Shown: positions 15,941-26,159, counted from the stretch's first letter. The stretch is 64,000 nucleotides of DNA from Alphaproteobacteria bacterium (GCA_017476405.1 JAFUZX010000101.1:11840-75839), one strand, 5' to 3'. The notes: generated by a model not told the origin, from the letters alone. Translations and numbers: made by a program.

Positions 15941-18934
15941 TCAATACTCCTTTACCGTTACTCGTTCCATTAATTGAATTTCTGAAAAACCGACGTATGC
16001 CGACCTCGTGTTTACCGCATCGATTTTGTAAAATTTGTATGCCGTTTCGTTTTCAATCGGCCATTCTTTAAGTTCGTTGTGATTCCATGAAAGAGGACCG
16101 CTGTTCAGTAGCTCGACATAATTTTCTCCGTCATTGGATGCAGTTAGAACAAATGATTCCGGCTCTTCATTAGAAAACGTGCCACCTATTCTTAAGTGAT
16201 TGCAAATATCCGGTTTAGGTAATTCGACTTGTATCCATCCGGATTGACTTTTTACTTCCCATGAACTTGAATCTGAAACGACTCTGTTGAATGCTTCATA
16301 CGGATTGTAAGTTTTCGATCCGACATATGTTCCGCTGACGGTTATTTTAAATCCATCTTGCTCATTTGCCCTCATAATTGGAGTGATAATTCTGAAAGCA
16401 TTTAAGTCGCGCTTATATTGCCTAGTCGTTGTTCCGAAATTAATTGTCGAAAGCGCAGCATACTCAGCATTATTTTGAACTGTGTAAATATAAATTCTGT
16501 AATACAAATACGGTTTTACATTGTAAAAAGAGATAATCTTTTCTTCTCCTTGAACCCAGTTCGTGTTTACAGTTTTTAGCGTCGTGTATGTTATTCCGTC
16601 ATTCGAAGCCTGAATTGAAAAGCTAGTCGGAGCCTGTGGATACCAACCGTCGCTGCGTGCTTTCAGAAATACAGAATCGCAAATTGTTTCAGTTGGAAAT
16701 CGTACTTTTATCCAGCAATTTTGTGCATAACCGGAGGCAGTTGCCCATTGTGTTGAGTCATTTCCATCGAAAGCGTAATAGGCAAGATGACCGCTTAATT
16801 CAGTGCTACTGGTAATTTCGTAACCACCTTGCGATGCGCTGGACATGGTCGGTATGAAGTTTTCTAATTTCTCCAAGCCATTGCTTTTATGATACAAACG
16901 AAAACGAGCGATGCGAAATTCCGTTCCGTTCAATTCTACAGGTGTGAATTTATAAAACTTATAGGGCGTCTCGTTATCTATATAATATTGTCTTGTTTCA
17001 AGTTGATACCAGCGAGTTAGTTCTGCCCTTTCAAGAAGTGTTACCCAATTTTCATCATCGTTCGATGCTTCGATTTTAAACCATATAGGAAATCTATCGG
17101 CCTCAGAACCATTTGCTGCTCCGAGATCGATCATATTTACAACGGCAGGTTCCGGAAGTTCGTATTTGATCCAGAATTTTCCGTCAAGCCTGTCTTTCAG
17201 ATTGACCCAGTTCCCATCGCTTGCTGTGAGATGATAAATCTGTCCGTCGTTCTTTCCTGAGCATGTAAGATTATATCCGTCGGAGGAATCAGACGTCATG
17301 CGTGGAACTACTTTTTTTAATGTGAAAAAGTTGTCATCTACATCGTATCCAAACCAACGGAAGTATCGAATCTGTGTATGTGAGCAACATATTCTGTAGT
17401 GCCTGAAAAATCCGTGATGCTCCAGATAATAGTTGCCATGCGGAAGTTTGCCACTGCCACGAGTATATAATCGCTTCCAATTTTTTCCATCCACACTTCC
17501 TTCGATATAAAAGTAGTCTGCCGTCCAGTTATCGAAACCGTTCAAATATTCCAAATATTCAACGTAGGTTGATCGCATAAAATCGATATACCAGATTCCG
17601 CCCTTCGGATTGGTGAAACTCGCATAATTGCTGTAATCTTTTACCGTGATGCACCACTTCGCATCCCAACCGATTCCGTTGTGACCGCAGGCATAATCTT
17701 CGACAATATCGTCCGTGGTGTGTGGAGTTAGATTTCGGATCAATTGAGACGACGTTTCTTTGAGTGATCCCTCCAGATATGGCAGTCCAGTTTTTTTCTC
17801 GAAATGAATCACTGTCTTTCCACTGGAAACACCGGCACATGGCAAATTCCATATGACATTTTCGAACGAAATAATGTGGTCTCCTTCAGAGTAAATTTCC
17901 ACATCAAAAGCAAGATCTTTTTCCTGTGTGAATTGCGAAAAATCAAACTTAAACGCTGTATCCGTATCAATAAATGCCCTGTATAAGGCGCATTCCGGAT
18001 TGATTACAATGTTGCTGTCATACACAGCTTCGATTTTCGCACTCTGATAGATGATATAATCTGCTTCTTGCTTGCCGGCTAAAATCAACTCGCCCTCAGA
18101 ACCGATCGCAAAATCATCACTCAATTTTACTGTGCCGAATTCCTCGTTTGTGGCTTGCTTATATTCCTGAGCGGAAATAACTCCGTTTTCGATGTTTATT
18201 CCATCGCCGATTTTTACAATTCCGGCTTTTGTTTTTGATGCAATCCCGACACTTTCAACCGAAATTACTCCGTTTTCATCGACGTTGATGCCCTCGCCGA
18301 TTTTCACACGTCCATAATTCGTTTTGCTCGCGATATTTGAGTCGGAGTTGTCCATCTCTTCCAACTCATCGCACAATATATAAGAATAGTTTTCGTCAAT
18401 TGTATCACCTGTCGTTACTTGTCTCGGAGTTAATCCAACTCTTGGTAACTGATCGCTGTTATCGATTTCAACATTATCAGCAAGAACTACGACATTATTG
18501 CATTTCAATTGAAAATCCGCCGAAGTTTCATTCACAGTAGGTGATTGTTTTTGTAGTGCGCGTGGATCGGCCCAAGTTGTATCAAAATTTGCATCACTAC
18601 GCTTGATTAAAATCTCGCCTTTTTTACCGCCTTCGCCACCTCCACCTTCAACCGTTGCAAATCCTGTACCTTCTGAATTAATAACGAGATATTTTTGCGC
18701 TGAAATATCTTTCAATTCTGTATCAAAATGGCCGATTAGTTCGTCCGGAATCTTGATTGAATTCTGAGATAAGTTATCAACCGTTTCTTCCAATCCATCA
18801 ATCACGGAATCGCATTCCGAAATGTCCGAGTCAATCATTGAAATTGATGTAGCAACTCTCTCAACATCCTGTTTCGCAATATTTTCAGGATTCGGAAGAG
18901 GATATTTTTTGTTCGGAGTTTTCTCGTCAATCAT
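15941..18934 (-). CDS. Tail fibre / receptor-binding protein with discoidin-like domains; paralogue 1
   Basis: 997 aa, the same length as 12624..15617. It has the same order of parts: KYPLPN, a coiled coil, YGRVKIGEGINV / AGIVKIGDGINI / FGTVKLSDDFAI repeats, then modules such as YYAFDGNDSTQWAT...FSIQASNDGITYTTL and FVLTASNDGENYVEL. Confidence 0.7.
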   Translation of the reverse strand: MIDEKTPNKKYPLPNPENIAKQDVERVATSISMIDSDISECDSVIDGLEETVDNLSQNSIKIPDELIGHFDTELKDISAQKYLVINSEGTGFATVEGGGGEGGKKGEILIKRSDANFDTTWADPRALQKQSPTVNETSADFQLKCNNVVVLADNVEIDNSDQLPRVGLTPRQVTTGDTIDENYSYILCDELEEMDNSDSNIASKTNYGRVKIGEGINVDENGVISVESVGIASKTKAGIVKIGDGINIENGVISAQEYKQATNEEFGTVKLSDDFAIGSEGELILAGKQEADYIIYQSAKIEAVYDSNIVINPECALYRAFIDTDTAFKFDFSQFTQEKDLAFDVEIYSEGDHIISFENVIWNLPCAGVSSGKTVIHFEKKTGLPYLEGSLKETSSQLIRNLTPHTTDDIVEDYACGHNGIGWDAKWCITVKDYSNYASFTNPKGGIWYIDFMRSTYVEYLEYLNGFDNWTADYFYIEGSVDGKNWKRLYTRGSGKLPHGNYYLEHHGFFRHYRICCSHTQIRYFRWFGYDVDDNFFTLKKVVPRMTSDSSDGYNLTCSGKNDGQIYHLTASDGNWVNLKDRLDGKFWIKYELPEPAVVNMIDLGAANGSEADRFPIWFKIEASNDDENWVTLLERAELTRWYQLETRQYYIDNETPYKFYKFTPVELNGTEFRIARFRLYHKSNGLEKLENFIPTMSSASQGGYEITSSTELSGHLAYYAFDGNDSTQWATASGYAQNCWIKVRFPTETICDSVFLKARSDGWYPQAPTSFSIQASNDGITYTTLKTVNTNWVQGEEKIISFYNVKPYLYYRIYIYTVQNNAEYAALSTINFGTTTRQYKRDLNAFRIITPIMRANEQDGFKITVSGTYVGSKTYNPYEAFNRVVSDSSSWEVKSQSGWIQVELPKPDICNHLRIGGTFSNEEPESFVLTASNDGENYVELLNSGPLSWNHNELKEWPIENETAYKFYKIDAVNTRSAYVGFSEIQLMERVTVKEY

Positions 18935-18945
18935 ACTGCACCTGT

Positions 18946-20127
18946 TTAGACAGTTATCACTCGCAAATTTTTCACGTAAGGTCTGTACAGAACATTTCCT
19001 TCAAGAACTAACTTGATTCGTGTTGATGCTCCGTTGAATCCTTCGACCAAATAAATTCTTTCCTCAACTCCATCTCCGATATTGCTGCCACTGTTCAGTG
19101 GAATAAAAGTCCAAGTGCTGTCTTGCTGTTGGTAATAGACTTTTACTGTTGAATTTCCCGGAGTATACGAATCAAACATGACTCGAATCATCGTGTTATT
19201 TCCTGCGGTGATTGATCGTGTCACGTAGTCAGCGGTTTCATGCTGTTTTCCAAGCATTAATTGAATACCTTTATAAACGACAGGAGATTGTTTGGCGTTT
19301 CCTTTTAGATTCATTTGCAACGTTGTTTCGCCATTGATTGCTTCTCTCAATTCAAGGGTTGCATCCTCTGCCAGTGTGTGGGATTTTCCCGAAGAATCCG
19401 TTAATATAAATTCCGCATCAGTATCGTTTGATACACGTTCAATATTTGATAGAACAAGCAAATCCGTATGATTATCAGCCGTTACGGAACCGAGATTGAA
19501 AGTATGCCGAGTCTCCGTAAACTTGCACGCTAACAATCTGAATGCTAAATCCATCGTTTGGTGAGTTGTCCAAGTACTTGCGTTTGAGGAACTTAGCAGA
19601 ATCCCTGCTTGATACGCCTGCTTTGTGACGTAAGTTTGGTGAGACGTATCATATTGCCCCAGCTCGCACACTGAAACAGCGGCTTCCGCATCATCCGTTA
19701 GAATGACAATCGCATATTCAACATTTGCTTCAAGCCAAATTGGCCTAAATGTGAGACGAGTCGGCGTTCCATCAGTTTTTATATCTTTCGGATATATGGA
19801 TGCCTGTGCCAAAACATTTTTATTCGGAAATCCGACCAAAGTGTCTCGGATTTGAACGACAACACGTGATTTTCCTGCATTCTTAAACCATAGGTCAATC
19901 CCGCCAATGTGGCGTCCTTCGGTTAATGTAAATGTTTCTGCTAAAGGATCGTAATTGTAAACAACTGTTGTTACAGTACGTCTTTGTTGCGTTGTTATAT
20001 TGTGCTGCCCTGTGTAGGTTGTAGTTCCGCGACTTCCCTGTGATCCGATAACTTCCACCTCAACTGTTCCTGTCGGCTGATGCGCTGGAACTGTAAATTG
20101 ACCGCTTTGCGTTGTTGATTCTGGCAT
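18946..20127 (-). CDS. Hypothetical phage structural protein (baseplate/fibre region)
   Basis: 393-aa ORF within the tail operon. Its start is coupled (TAATG) to the preceding small ORF. No family recognised. Confidence 0.5.
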   Translation of the reverse strand: MPESTTQSGQFTVPAHQPTGTVEVEVIGSQGSRGTTTYTGQHNITTQQRRTVTTVVYNYDPLAETFTLTEGRHIGGIDLWFKNAGKSRVVVQIRDTLVGFPNKNVLAQASIYPKDIKTDGTPTRLTFRPIWLEANVEYAIVILTDDAEAAVSVCELGQYDTSHQTYVTKQAYQAGILLSSSNASTWTTHQTMDLAFRLLACKFTETRHTFNLGSVTADNHTDLLVLSNIERVSNDTDAEFILTDSSGKSHTLAEDATLELREAINGETTLQMNLKGNAKQSPVVYKGIQLMLGKQHETADYVTRSITAGNNTMIRVMFDSYTPGNSTVKVYYQQQDSTWTFIPLNSGSNIGDGVEERIYLVEGFNGASTRIKLVLEGNVLYRPYVKNLRVITV

Positions 20128-20240
20128 TAGTTTCCTCCAATGTTTGTGTTTGTGACGTCTACACCGTTAAATAAAATTTTCGCAATTGTTTCACCTGGCT
20201 TTAATCCCTCGACTTTGAACTTTTGCGTTAGCTGTCTCAT
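20127..20240 (-). CDS. Possible 37-aa coupled ORF (or readthrough extension of the upstream gene)
   Basis: Own translation: MRQLTQKFKVEGLKPGETIAKILFNGVDVTNTNIGGN. Its TAA overlaps the next ATG. It is in frame with the upstream 599-aa ORF. Confidence 0.25.
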   Translation of the reverse strand: MRQLTQKFKVEGLKPGETIAKILFNGVDVTNTNIGGN

Positions 20241-20285
20241 GAATTCACCTGCAGTAGTCTTCGAAGATACAGTTTGTGTACTTGT

Positions 20286-22085
20286 CTAATAACTGGAATA
20301 CCAAGAGTAATAGACATTTGTAATCGGACTCAGCCATTGCGAAACAGTTTCCGTCCATCTATCAACATTCAAGGTGACTGTAAGATCAGACGGGATCGGA
20401 TCAAACGCACAATATGGATTGATTTTCATTGAGCCAGTAATAAATTCCTGCGAAATTACAGGCTCTAACTCGTATGGTAGCATGTAAGCTTCTTGATCTC
20501 TTGCATGATCGCTTGAGGTCACAGTCACAGGCAATCTGAGCTTTTCATTTACAATAGCTCCAGTTTGTGTGATTCCTTGGTCGCGCATGTCGTCATCATA
20601 GAATGGGTCGACAAATACTCCTTTTTTCGTTGATGGATCACTTGCGTTCGCATTACTTTTCAGTCTTTCTTGAGCCAGTAAATAATAGATGTCATAGATC
20701 ATGTTACGCATGGCTTCGATATCGCCCATCGTTACCGCTCGAACTGCGACATCCTCAATTTCAGGCTTTGAATTCTGATTCCAAGTTTGCTTCACTTCCG
20801 CAAGGATTAATTGCCCTGTTGGAGCACTTGGAACTGACGGACTCCACGCATGTGCAAGCCCCTTAACTCGCCTCACAATCCCCTCAGAATCAATGGTAAT
20901 GAGGTCATAGCGTGGCATTTTCCAAGTATAAGTCACCAATACCATTGATCCGGTAACTGCTCCCGAAATTTTAAAGCCGGCATCAGTGATATCCGTTGGG
21001 TCCACGTGTGTTCTGTGTCTGTATGTGATTTCGTAGGAACTTCCAGGTGCCGGTTCTGCTCCGGACGGACTCCAATCGACTTGCCCGGCTGTTAGTTTAT
21101 AGTCAATTCCTTTCTGATAGGTCGTCGAACCTTGCTTAATCTGCATAATTTCAAGAACTGAGGAAGAAGGAATCGGATCCAGTGCGCCACTGTAGCTTCC
21201 ATGAGTTAAATTTACAGTCTTTTCTGCTGTAATATCTATAATTTCAACTTCTTTCAGTGGTGTGTAGTTCAAATTGATCTGCATTTTCCCGAAAGAATCA
21301 GGTTCGAAAACGTATGGATCGGATTCCACACGTTGAATATCCGGATCGTTATCGAAAGCGGAGCGCAAAGCGTGACTTAATTCAATTTCGTAACCGTTTA
21401 CGTGTGCCTTTCCTTTGTTAATTGAAAAAATTTGCTTATCACTATCAGCACTCAAGCAAGTTACATTCATACCATCAACAACATAGGAACCATTGCTTTC
21501 GTCATCATATCTTGCAAGGGCAGTGCTCACCGAATCCAGCTGTGGAGCAAGGGCTTTTTGAACGAGAACTCCGTTTTCGATGTTATAGATCGGATAGAAA
21601 TTGCCTCTATTATCGTCTGAAACTTCACCTTCAATTAAAAACCCCCATTCCGTTGTATATTGCAAACGAGCTGCGCCAATTTCCTGATAACCGGGAGTTC
21701 CGACTGCTGGATCTCGAAGTTCCGGATCTTCCAATTCCGTTATCGTTTTTTCTTTGTAATAAATTCCTATTCTTACTGAGGTAGTCGTTGGTATCGTAAA
21801 ACTGCCTTCATGAACATCTCGGATCATTCCATTCAGATAAATTTTCCCTGCTTCAAGGGTAGTTGCTCCAGTTTGATTGTCCACAACGCAAGTGCAACCG
21901 CTAATCACATCTCCATCCGCAAACAGAGCATCTCCGAGTCGTTTCAAAGCGTCAGTTGCGTAATCTTGAACCTCGTTTAATTCTGCAGATTGCAGACTTG
22001 TGCCTGCTCGAAACAGAGACTTTGTGTATTTCTTTCCGACATTAAATCTATTGTAGTAATCTTTTAATTCCATTTTTTCCTCCAT
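20286..22085 (-). CDS. Phage structural protein, possibly DUF4815-type
   Basis: 599 aa. From memory, the N-terminus YYNRFNVGKKYTKSLFRAGTSLQSAELNEVQ resembles the DUF4815 signature. Unverified. Confidence 0.5.
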   Translation of the reverse strand: MEEKMELKDYYNRFNVGKKYTKSLFRAGTSLQSAELNEVQDYATDALKRLGDALFADGDVISGCTCVVDNQTGATTLEAGKIYLNGMIRDVHEGSFTIPTTTSVRIGIYYKEKTITELEDPELRDPAVGTPGYQEIGAARLQYTTEWGFLIEGEVSDDNRGNFYPIYNIENGVLVQKALAPQLDSVSTALARYDDESNGSYVVDGMNVTCLSADSDKQIFSINKGKAHVNGYEIELSHALRSAFDNDPDIQRVESDPYVFEPDSFGKMQINLNYTPLKEVEIIDITAEKTVNLTHGSYSGALDPIPSSSVLEIMQIKQGSTTYQKGIDYKLTAGQVDWSPSGAEPAPGSSYEITYRHRTHVDPTDITDAGFKISGAVTGSMVLVTYTWKMPRYDLITIDSEGIVRRVKGLAHAWSPSVPSAPTGQLILAEVKQTWNQNSKPEIEDVAVRAVTMGDIEAMRNMIYDIYYLLAQERLKSNANASDPSTKKGVFVDPFYDDDMRDQGITQTGAIVNEKLRLPVTVTSSDHARDQEAYMLPYELEPVISQEFITGSMKINPYCAFDPIPSDLTVTLNVDRWTETVSQWLSPITNVYYSWYSSY

Positions 22086-22086
22086 C

Positions 22087-22572
22087 CTATAGGGACATCA
22101 CGAAAGAACAACGGTAGCGAGTATCCCCTGTGCGAATAATTGGCACTGAATTTTCAAGCATCAACAGTTCGCCTGGATCTTCGATATCCGTTGGTAAAAA
22201 ATAACGTTGACCTGCCGGAAGTCCTTCCTTAACGACAGTATTTAAAAACACACCAAATTCTCTGATTTTGAAGCCGTTGCCATCTGCTGCATCGTATCGT
22301 GCGCTAATGTAAAGATTATTTGTCGGTGTTTCTGAAATATTCCAGCGACCACTTTGAGTCACAATTGCACCTTGATCATCACCAACCACGAATTGCACCT
22401 CATCAACAATACGTCGCCCGACTTCTCGAATTAACTTTGTTTGCGTTGGGTCTTCAGAAAATTTTTCATCACCAGTCCATGATTCATCACCTTGCCCCCA
22501 AGCAAGAAAAATCGAACTGTTTTTTAAACTCCTCACTATGCCTGCACGCCCTGAAATTGTAACAATTGCCAT
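22087..22572 (-). CDS. Hypothetical baseplate/fibre-associated protein
   Basis: ORF track 22087..22617. I prefer the ATG at 22572 (RBS GGAGGA), which begins 3 nt after the gpI-like stop. Confidence 0.5.
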   Translation of the reverse strand: MAIVTISGRAGIVRSLKNSSIFLAWGQGDESWTGDEKFSEDPTQTKLIREVGRRIVDEVQFVVGDDQGAIVTQSGRWNISETPTNNLYISARYDAADGNGFKIREFGVFLNTVVKEGLPAGQRYFLPTDIEDPGELLMLENSVPIIRTGDTRYRCSFVMSL

Positions 22573-22574
22573 TG

Positions 22575-23732
22575 TTATCCTCCGTTCATCACTGTATAAA
22601 AATTCTGGTCTTGCCAAGAAACATCAAAATGTCTGTGGTCATGCCATGTGTTATTGCCGAGATACTGACACATTACGTTCATCTCAACTTCGTCTGATCT
22701 CTCAGCAATCGGATTTGAAAATGCTTCAAAAATCCCGTGAAATTCCTGCGTCGTTCCGTGAACTATTGGCTCTAATTTAAATGCGCCGTCCGCTGTCTTG
22801 CTTACATATAAGCGTTTCTCGATGGCTATCGTTTCAGGCTTGCTTACGTTTGCCGACAAGCAATTAAAATCGAGCTTGAATTTTTTCGCATTTTTCGCTT
22901 CGTAGCTGCCTGGGAAATATGTCTGTTCACCTTCAAGCACAGACTCCGACAGAACCACCATAGCTTTCGAAAATTTTTGCAATTCGATTAATTTGTTCGG
23001 CAATTTATCGCCAATTCGATCGGTATTTTCAGAGTATCTTTCAGCAAAATAGGTGCCGTCATACGCCATTTTATGGACTTTTGATCCGCTCAATTTGCTG
23101 CAATCAAGCTTAAAAGTGTTCTCATACAGAGCAAAACAAACTCGTTCCGCACAATCGAAATTTTCAACTTCATATCCTTCCAATTCAGCATCACAAGCCA
23201 TTGAACGACCAAACGAAAGTTTGATCCCGTCTGCTTCACGTCTCACGCCTGAGTAATCAGAAAGAATATCGCCCCATTTTGAGCTATCAAGAACGAATTG
23301 CCGGATATCGTACTCGTCGTTATACATGCGAACGAGGCGAGAACGAAGTGGAGCCGCCATTTTTGCGACATTTATTATTGTGTCGATCTCAAAACTATTC
23401 GGGATTTCTTTAAAACCAATCTGAAATTCTGCAAAATGTTGCCCTGGTTTCGATTCTTCGATTGTTATATCATTCAAATTGTACCAAGATAACGCCTGCC
23501 TCAGGGAATATGGAGTGCCTGCAAGTCTGTGAAACTTCAAGCCTTCGGTAATTTTTGTTTTCAAGTCATCAACATTGACCTGCGCAAGCGAGTATTCCCA
23601 AATCAGGCTCAGACGCAAATTTCCGTAATCTTTAAATTTGAAGCCAGCAAGTCCGTTAACGTCAACGTTGTATTTGATTGCGCTTTCAACATCTTTCTCA
23701 AATTTTGTAGCGTTAAACGGAAGCAGACTCAT
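22575..23732 (-). CDS. Baseplate/tail protein I (P2 gpI family, extended C-terminus)
   Basis: The N-terminus MSLLPFNATKFEKDVE...LIWEYSL...HRLAGTPYSLRQALSWY fits the gpI pattern. It follows gpJ as in P2. Confidence 0.7.
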   Translation of the reverse strand: MSLLPFNATKFEKDVESAIKYNVDVNGLAGFKFKDYGNLRLSLIWEYSLAQVNVDDLKTKITEGLKFHRLAGTPYSLRQALSWYNLNDITIEESKPGQHFAEFQIGFKEIPNSFEIDTIINVAKMAAPLRSRLVRMYNDEYDIRQFVLDSSKWGDILSDYSGVRREADGIKLSFGRSMACDAELEGYEVENFDCAERVCFALYENTFKLDCSKLSGSKVHKMAYDGTYFAERYSENTDRIGDKLPNKLIELQKFSKAMVVLSESVLEGEQTYFPGSYEAKNAKKFKLDFNCLSANVSKPETIAIEKRLYVSKTADGAFKLEPIVHGTTQEFHGIFEAFSNPIAERSDEVEMNVMCQYLGNNTWHDHRHFDVSWQDQNFYTVMNGG

Positions 23733-24544
23733 GCACTCAACTCCATTTCAAGCAGTCTTGCACAGGCGGTTTCGGATACTTTTACATCTTCCATCGGACT
23801 CAACAGTTGCACATCTTTCACACCATCAAGAAATAAGTTCGAGATAATCCAAGACCGCGAAAATGAAACTCCAAGCCCCGCATTTTTATAAAAAGCATTT
23901 TTGAATGACTGTTTTATCGTGCTTAAAAACTCCGGCGGAGTGCTCGACATCAAAGTAATTTTCGCTTTCACATCGACGTCAATCAAATCACAAGCTACAA
24001 CTTCAACGGTGTCCGTCAGCATGCGGATATCTTCACGATGCATGTACTCTGTTACAATTTGCAATAAATCATCAGATACAACGCCGTTATTTTCCTTAGA
24101 TAAAATTGAAATGCGAACCAATCCAGGCTCAGGTGAATCGGCATTTGCTTCCTTTACTCTCGGATCGGAATTTAATGCATGATATTTATACGCAGCTCGA
24201 CTGCCGGCAGTGCTCCAACCTTCAATTTTCGCCTTTACTCGTTCTCGAAGCTCCTCATCTGTTTCACCTTCACGCCGTATTACATCATAAAAAGCTGCAA
24301 GATTATCTAAATCTGAGCCAGTAGAAAAAGCCAACAAATTTGCTCGCGCAGCTTGATTAATTCGTTGTCTCAGAAGGAGTTCTCTATATACGGCAATCTC
24401 CATGAGCTTAACTAATGGGTCACTTTCAAGGTACGCATTATATTGTTTATCAATCTCAATTAGTTTCGCCTTCATCTGAGATAAAATCTCATTGAAACTG
24501 AGTTCTTCTATAATTTGCGGAGTTTCTAGTTCATTTAGATTCAT
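23729..24544 (-). CDS. Baseplate assembly protein J (P2 gpJ family)
   Basis: 271 aa. SDLDNLAAFYDVIRREGETDEELRERV...WSTAGSRAAYKYHAL is typical of gpJ. Confidence 0.85.
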   Translation of the reverse strand: MNLNELETPQIIEELSFNEILSQMKAKLIEIDKQYNAYLESDPLVKLMEIAVYRELLLRQRINQAARANLLAFSTGSDLDNLAAFYDVIRREGETDEELRERVKAKIEGWSTAGSRAAYKYHALNSDPRVKEANADSPEPGLVRISILSKENNGVVSDDLLQIVTEYMHREDIRMLTDTVEVVACDLIDVDVKAKITLMSSTPPEFLSTIKQSFKNAFYKNAGLGVSFSRSWIISNLFLDGVKDVQLLSPMEDVKVSETACARLLEMELSA

Positions 24545-24707
24545 TTACCGCCTCTTTTTTGTTCTTTTCGTCTTTATCGATTTTTGTACTCTCGTCTTCA
24601 GCAAAAATTTCAGATCCGTTTTTTATCGCAACAAGGTTGTATCCCATGAACATCATCAAGCTTCTGAGTATTTCTAAATTCTTTTTGCCTTTATTTGTTT
24701 CAGTCAT
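24531..24707 (-). CDS. Possible 58-aa ORF inserted between gpW and gpJ
   Basis: Own translation: MTETNKGKKNLEILRSLMMFMGYNLVAIKNGSEIFAEDESTKIDKDEKNKKEAVNESK. It has an ATGA overlap with the gpW stop and overlaps the gpJ start. Without it there is a 160-nt gap in a tightly packed operon. Confidence 0.3.
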   Translation of the reverse strand: MTETNKGKKNLEILRSLMMFMGYNLVAIKNGSEIFAEDESTKIDKDEKNKKEAVNESK

Positions 24708-25057
24708 ATCACCAGATCCTCCAGTGCAATTTTTTCTTGAGTTATCCTGTATTTTCCGATTAATGAGAGAGTGATTCTCCCGTCTTTTATAGCTTCAATC
24801 TTGATTTTTTGAGTTTCAAAACGTGGTTCCCAAAGCTCTAAAGCCTCTGCAACTGCGGCGTATATTTTGGGAAACAATTCTCGATTTATCGGTTGATCAA
24901 TCAAGCGAAACAACTTCGATCCATAATCACGACACATCACACGGCTTCCGATCGGAGTCGTCAGAATATCGACAATCGACTGCTTTAAGTGTTCCAAGTC
25001 GTTCAAATATCCGCCGTTTTGATTACTCATGCCTTGCATTAAAAACCTCCATTGCAC
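24704..25057 (-). CDS. Baseplate assembly protein W (gpW/gp25 family)
   Basis: LEHLKQSIVDILTTPIGSRVMCRDYGSKLFRLIDQPIN is the gp25/gpW signature. Confidence 0.85.
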   Translation of the reverse strand: MQWRFLMQGMSNQNGGYLNDLEHLKQSIVDILTTPIGSRVMCRDYGSKLFRLIDQPINRELFPKIYAAVAEALELWEPRFETQKIKIEAIKDGRITLSLIGKYRITQEKIALEDLVI

Positions 25058-25704
25058 TTACACAGCGGCGGACTTGCAGTAATTGCTCCTGAATCCAACG
25101 AAATACTGGAACTTCCTATATTGATACTTGAAGAACCACAAGACAGTTGAATTCCAGAGTTGGAGAGAGACATTTCTGCATTCCCACTTTTTAAAGTTAT
25201 CGCACCGTTTTTCAAAGTGATTGATGCGTTTCCACTGTGAATTTCGATGCCGTTGTCGAAGTTAATAATTGCGCTATTATCGCCGTAAAGGTCCAAACTT
25301 CCGATGTAGCTGAGATCAAAGCCAGCTTTTTGCGTTGTTACTTGCAATCCGCCATCAAGATTTACTCGTGCATCTTTTTTGCTTGCAATATCAATGCTTG
25401 CATCAGTCCTTATTACAATATCTTCTGCGTTTTCCGGGGTTTTGAAACTATCGTAGTTGATCGATCTCAGCACAAATCCCTGCGCACTCTCGCCATAAGG
25501 TGAAAATACTGCAACTTGTTCGCCAACAGATATCGGAGTCCATACACTTGTCGCTCCAGCTTGCGAAACAATTGGTAACCAATTCGTCTTTACAGGACCA
25601 ATTTCGACTCGTACCAAGTTGTCTTTCACTTCTGCAATCTTGCCGAGGCGAATCAGACTGGCTAACTTGCGAACTACTTCTGAAAATGCAAAGCTATCAA
25701 TCAT
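25039..25704 (-). CDS. Baseplate spike/assembly protein V (P2 gpV family)
   Basis: IRLGKIAEVKDNLVRVEIGPVKTNWLPIVSQAGATSVWTPISVGEQVAVFSPYGE matches the gpV OB-fold N-terminus. The C-terminus is repetitive and beta-helix-like. Confidence 0.8.
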   Translation of the reverse strand: MIDSFAFSEVVRKLASLIRLGKIAEVKDNLVRVEIGPVKTNWLPIVSQAGATSVWTPISVGEQVAVFSPYGESAQGFVLRSINYDSFKTPENAEDIVIRTDASIDIASKKDARVNLDGGLQVTTQKAGFDLSYIGSLDLYGDNSAIINFDNGIEIHSGNASITLKNGAITLKSGNAEMSLSNSGIQLSCGSSSINIGSSSISLDSGAITASPPLCKCNGGF

Positions 25705-26159
25705 TCTGGTCCTCCTATAGTAATTTTGTGTGGAGGTATTCCCGACTCACTCCAAATATTCTCGCCAATGTGAAGTTCATGATTCCACTCAATCAAATAG
25801 CAAACATATGGATCAAAATCTGGTTTGAAATAATCTCTTGAAATGCTCGTTACTTTCGCCGGACTTACTTCGCAGCCAAAAGAATTAAGGTGAATAGCAC
25901 TTGCAATTGCAGCGGCCAATTCCTGGCATTTAATTTCTGCGTCTTCCGTCAGCGAATCAATCACGACTCTGGCTTCGATATTGACTGTTAATGATAACTC
26001 ACCTGTTGCCGGATCACTTCCCGCAGAATAGCTTCCAATTTCAAGAAATATTGCAGGTGCAATGACTTCTTCACGACCTTTCGAATACAAAAGACATGTT
26101 TTTATCAAGCCATGATTTAATATTGTGCCTCTGATGCTCCGCAAAAGTTTTTCTATCAT
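25701..26159 (-). CDS. Hypothetical neck/tail-completion protein
   Basis: 152-aa ORF between the gpZ-like gene and gpV. Function is inferred from position only. Confidence 0.45.
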   Translation of the reverse strand: MIEKLLRSIRGTILNHGLIKTCLLYSKGREEVIAPAIFLEIGSYSAGSDPATGELSLTVNIEARVVIDSLTEDAEIKCQELAAAIASAIHLNSFGCEVSPAKVTSISRDYFKPDFDPYVCYLIEWNHELHIGENIWSESGIPPHKITIGGPE

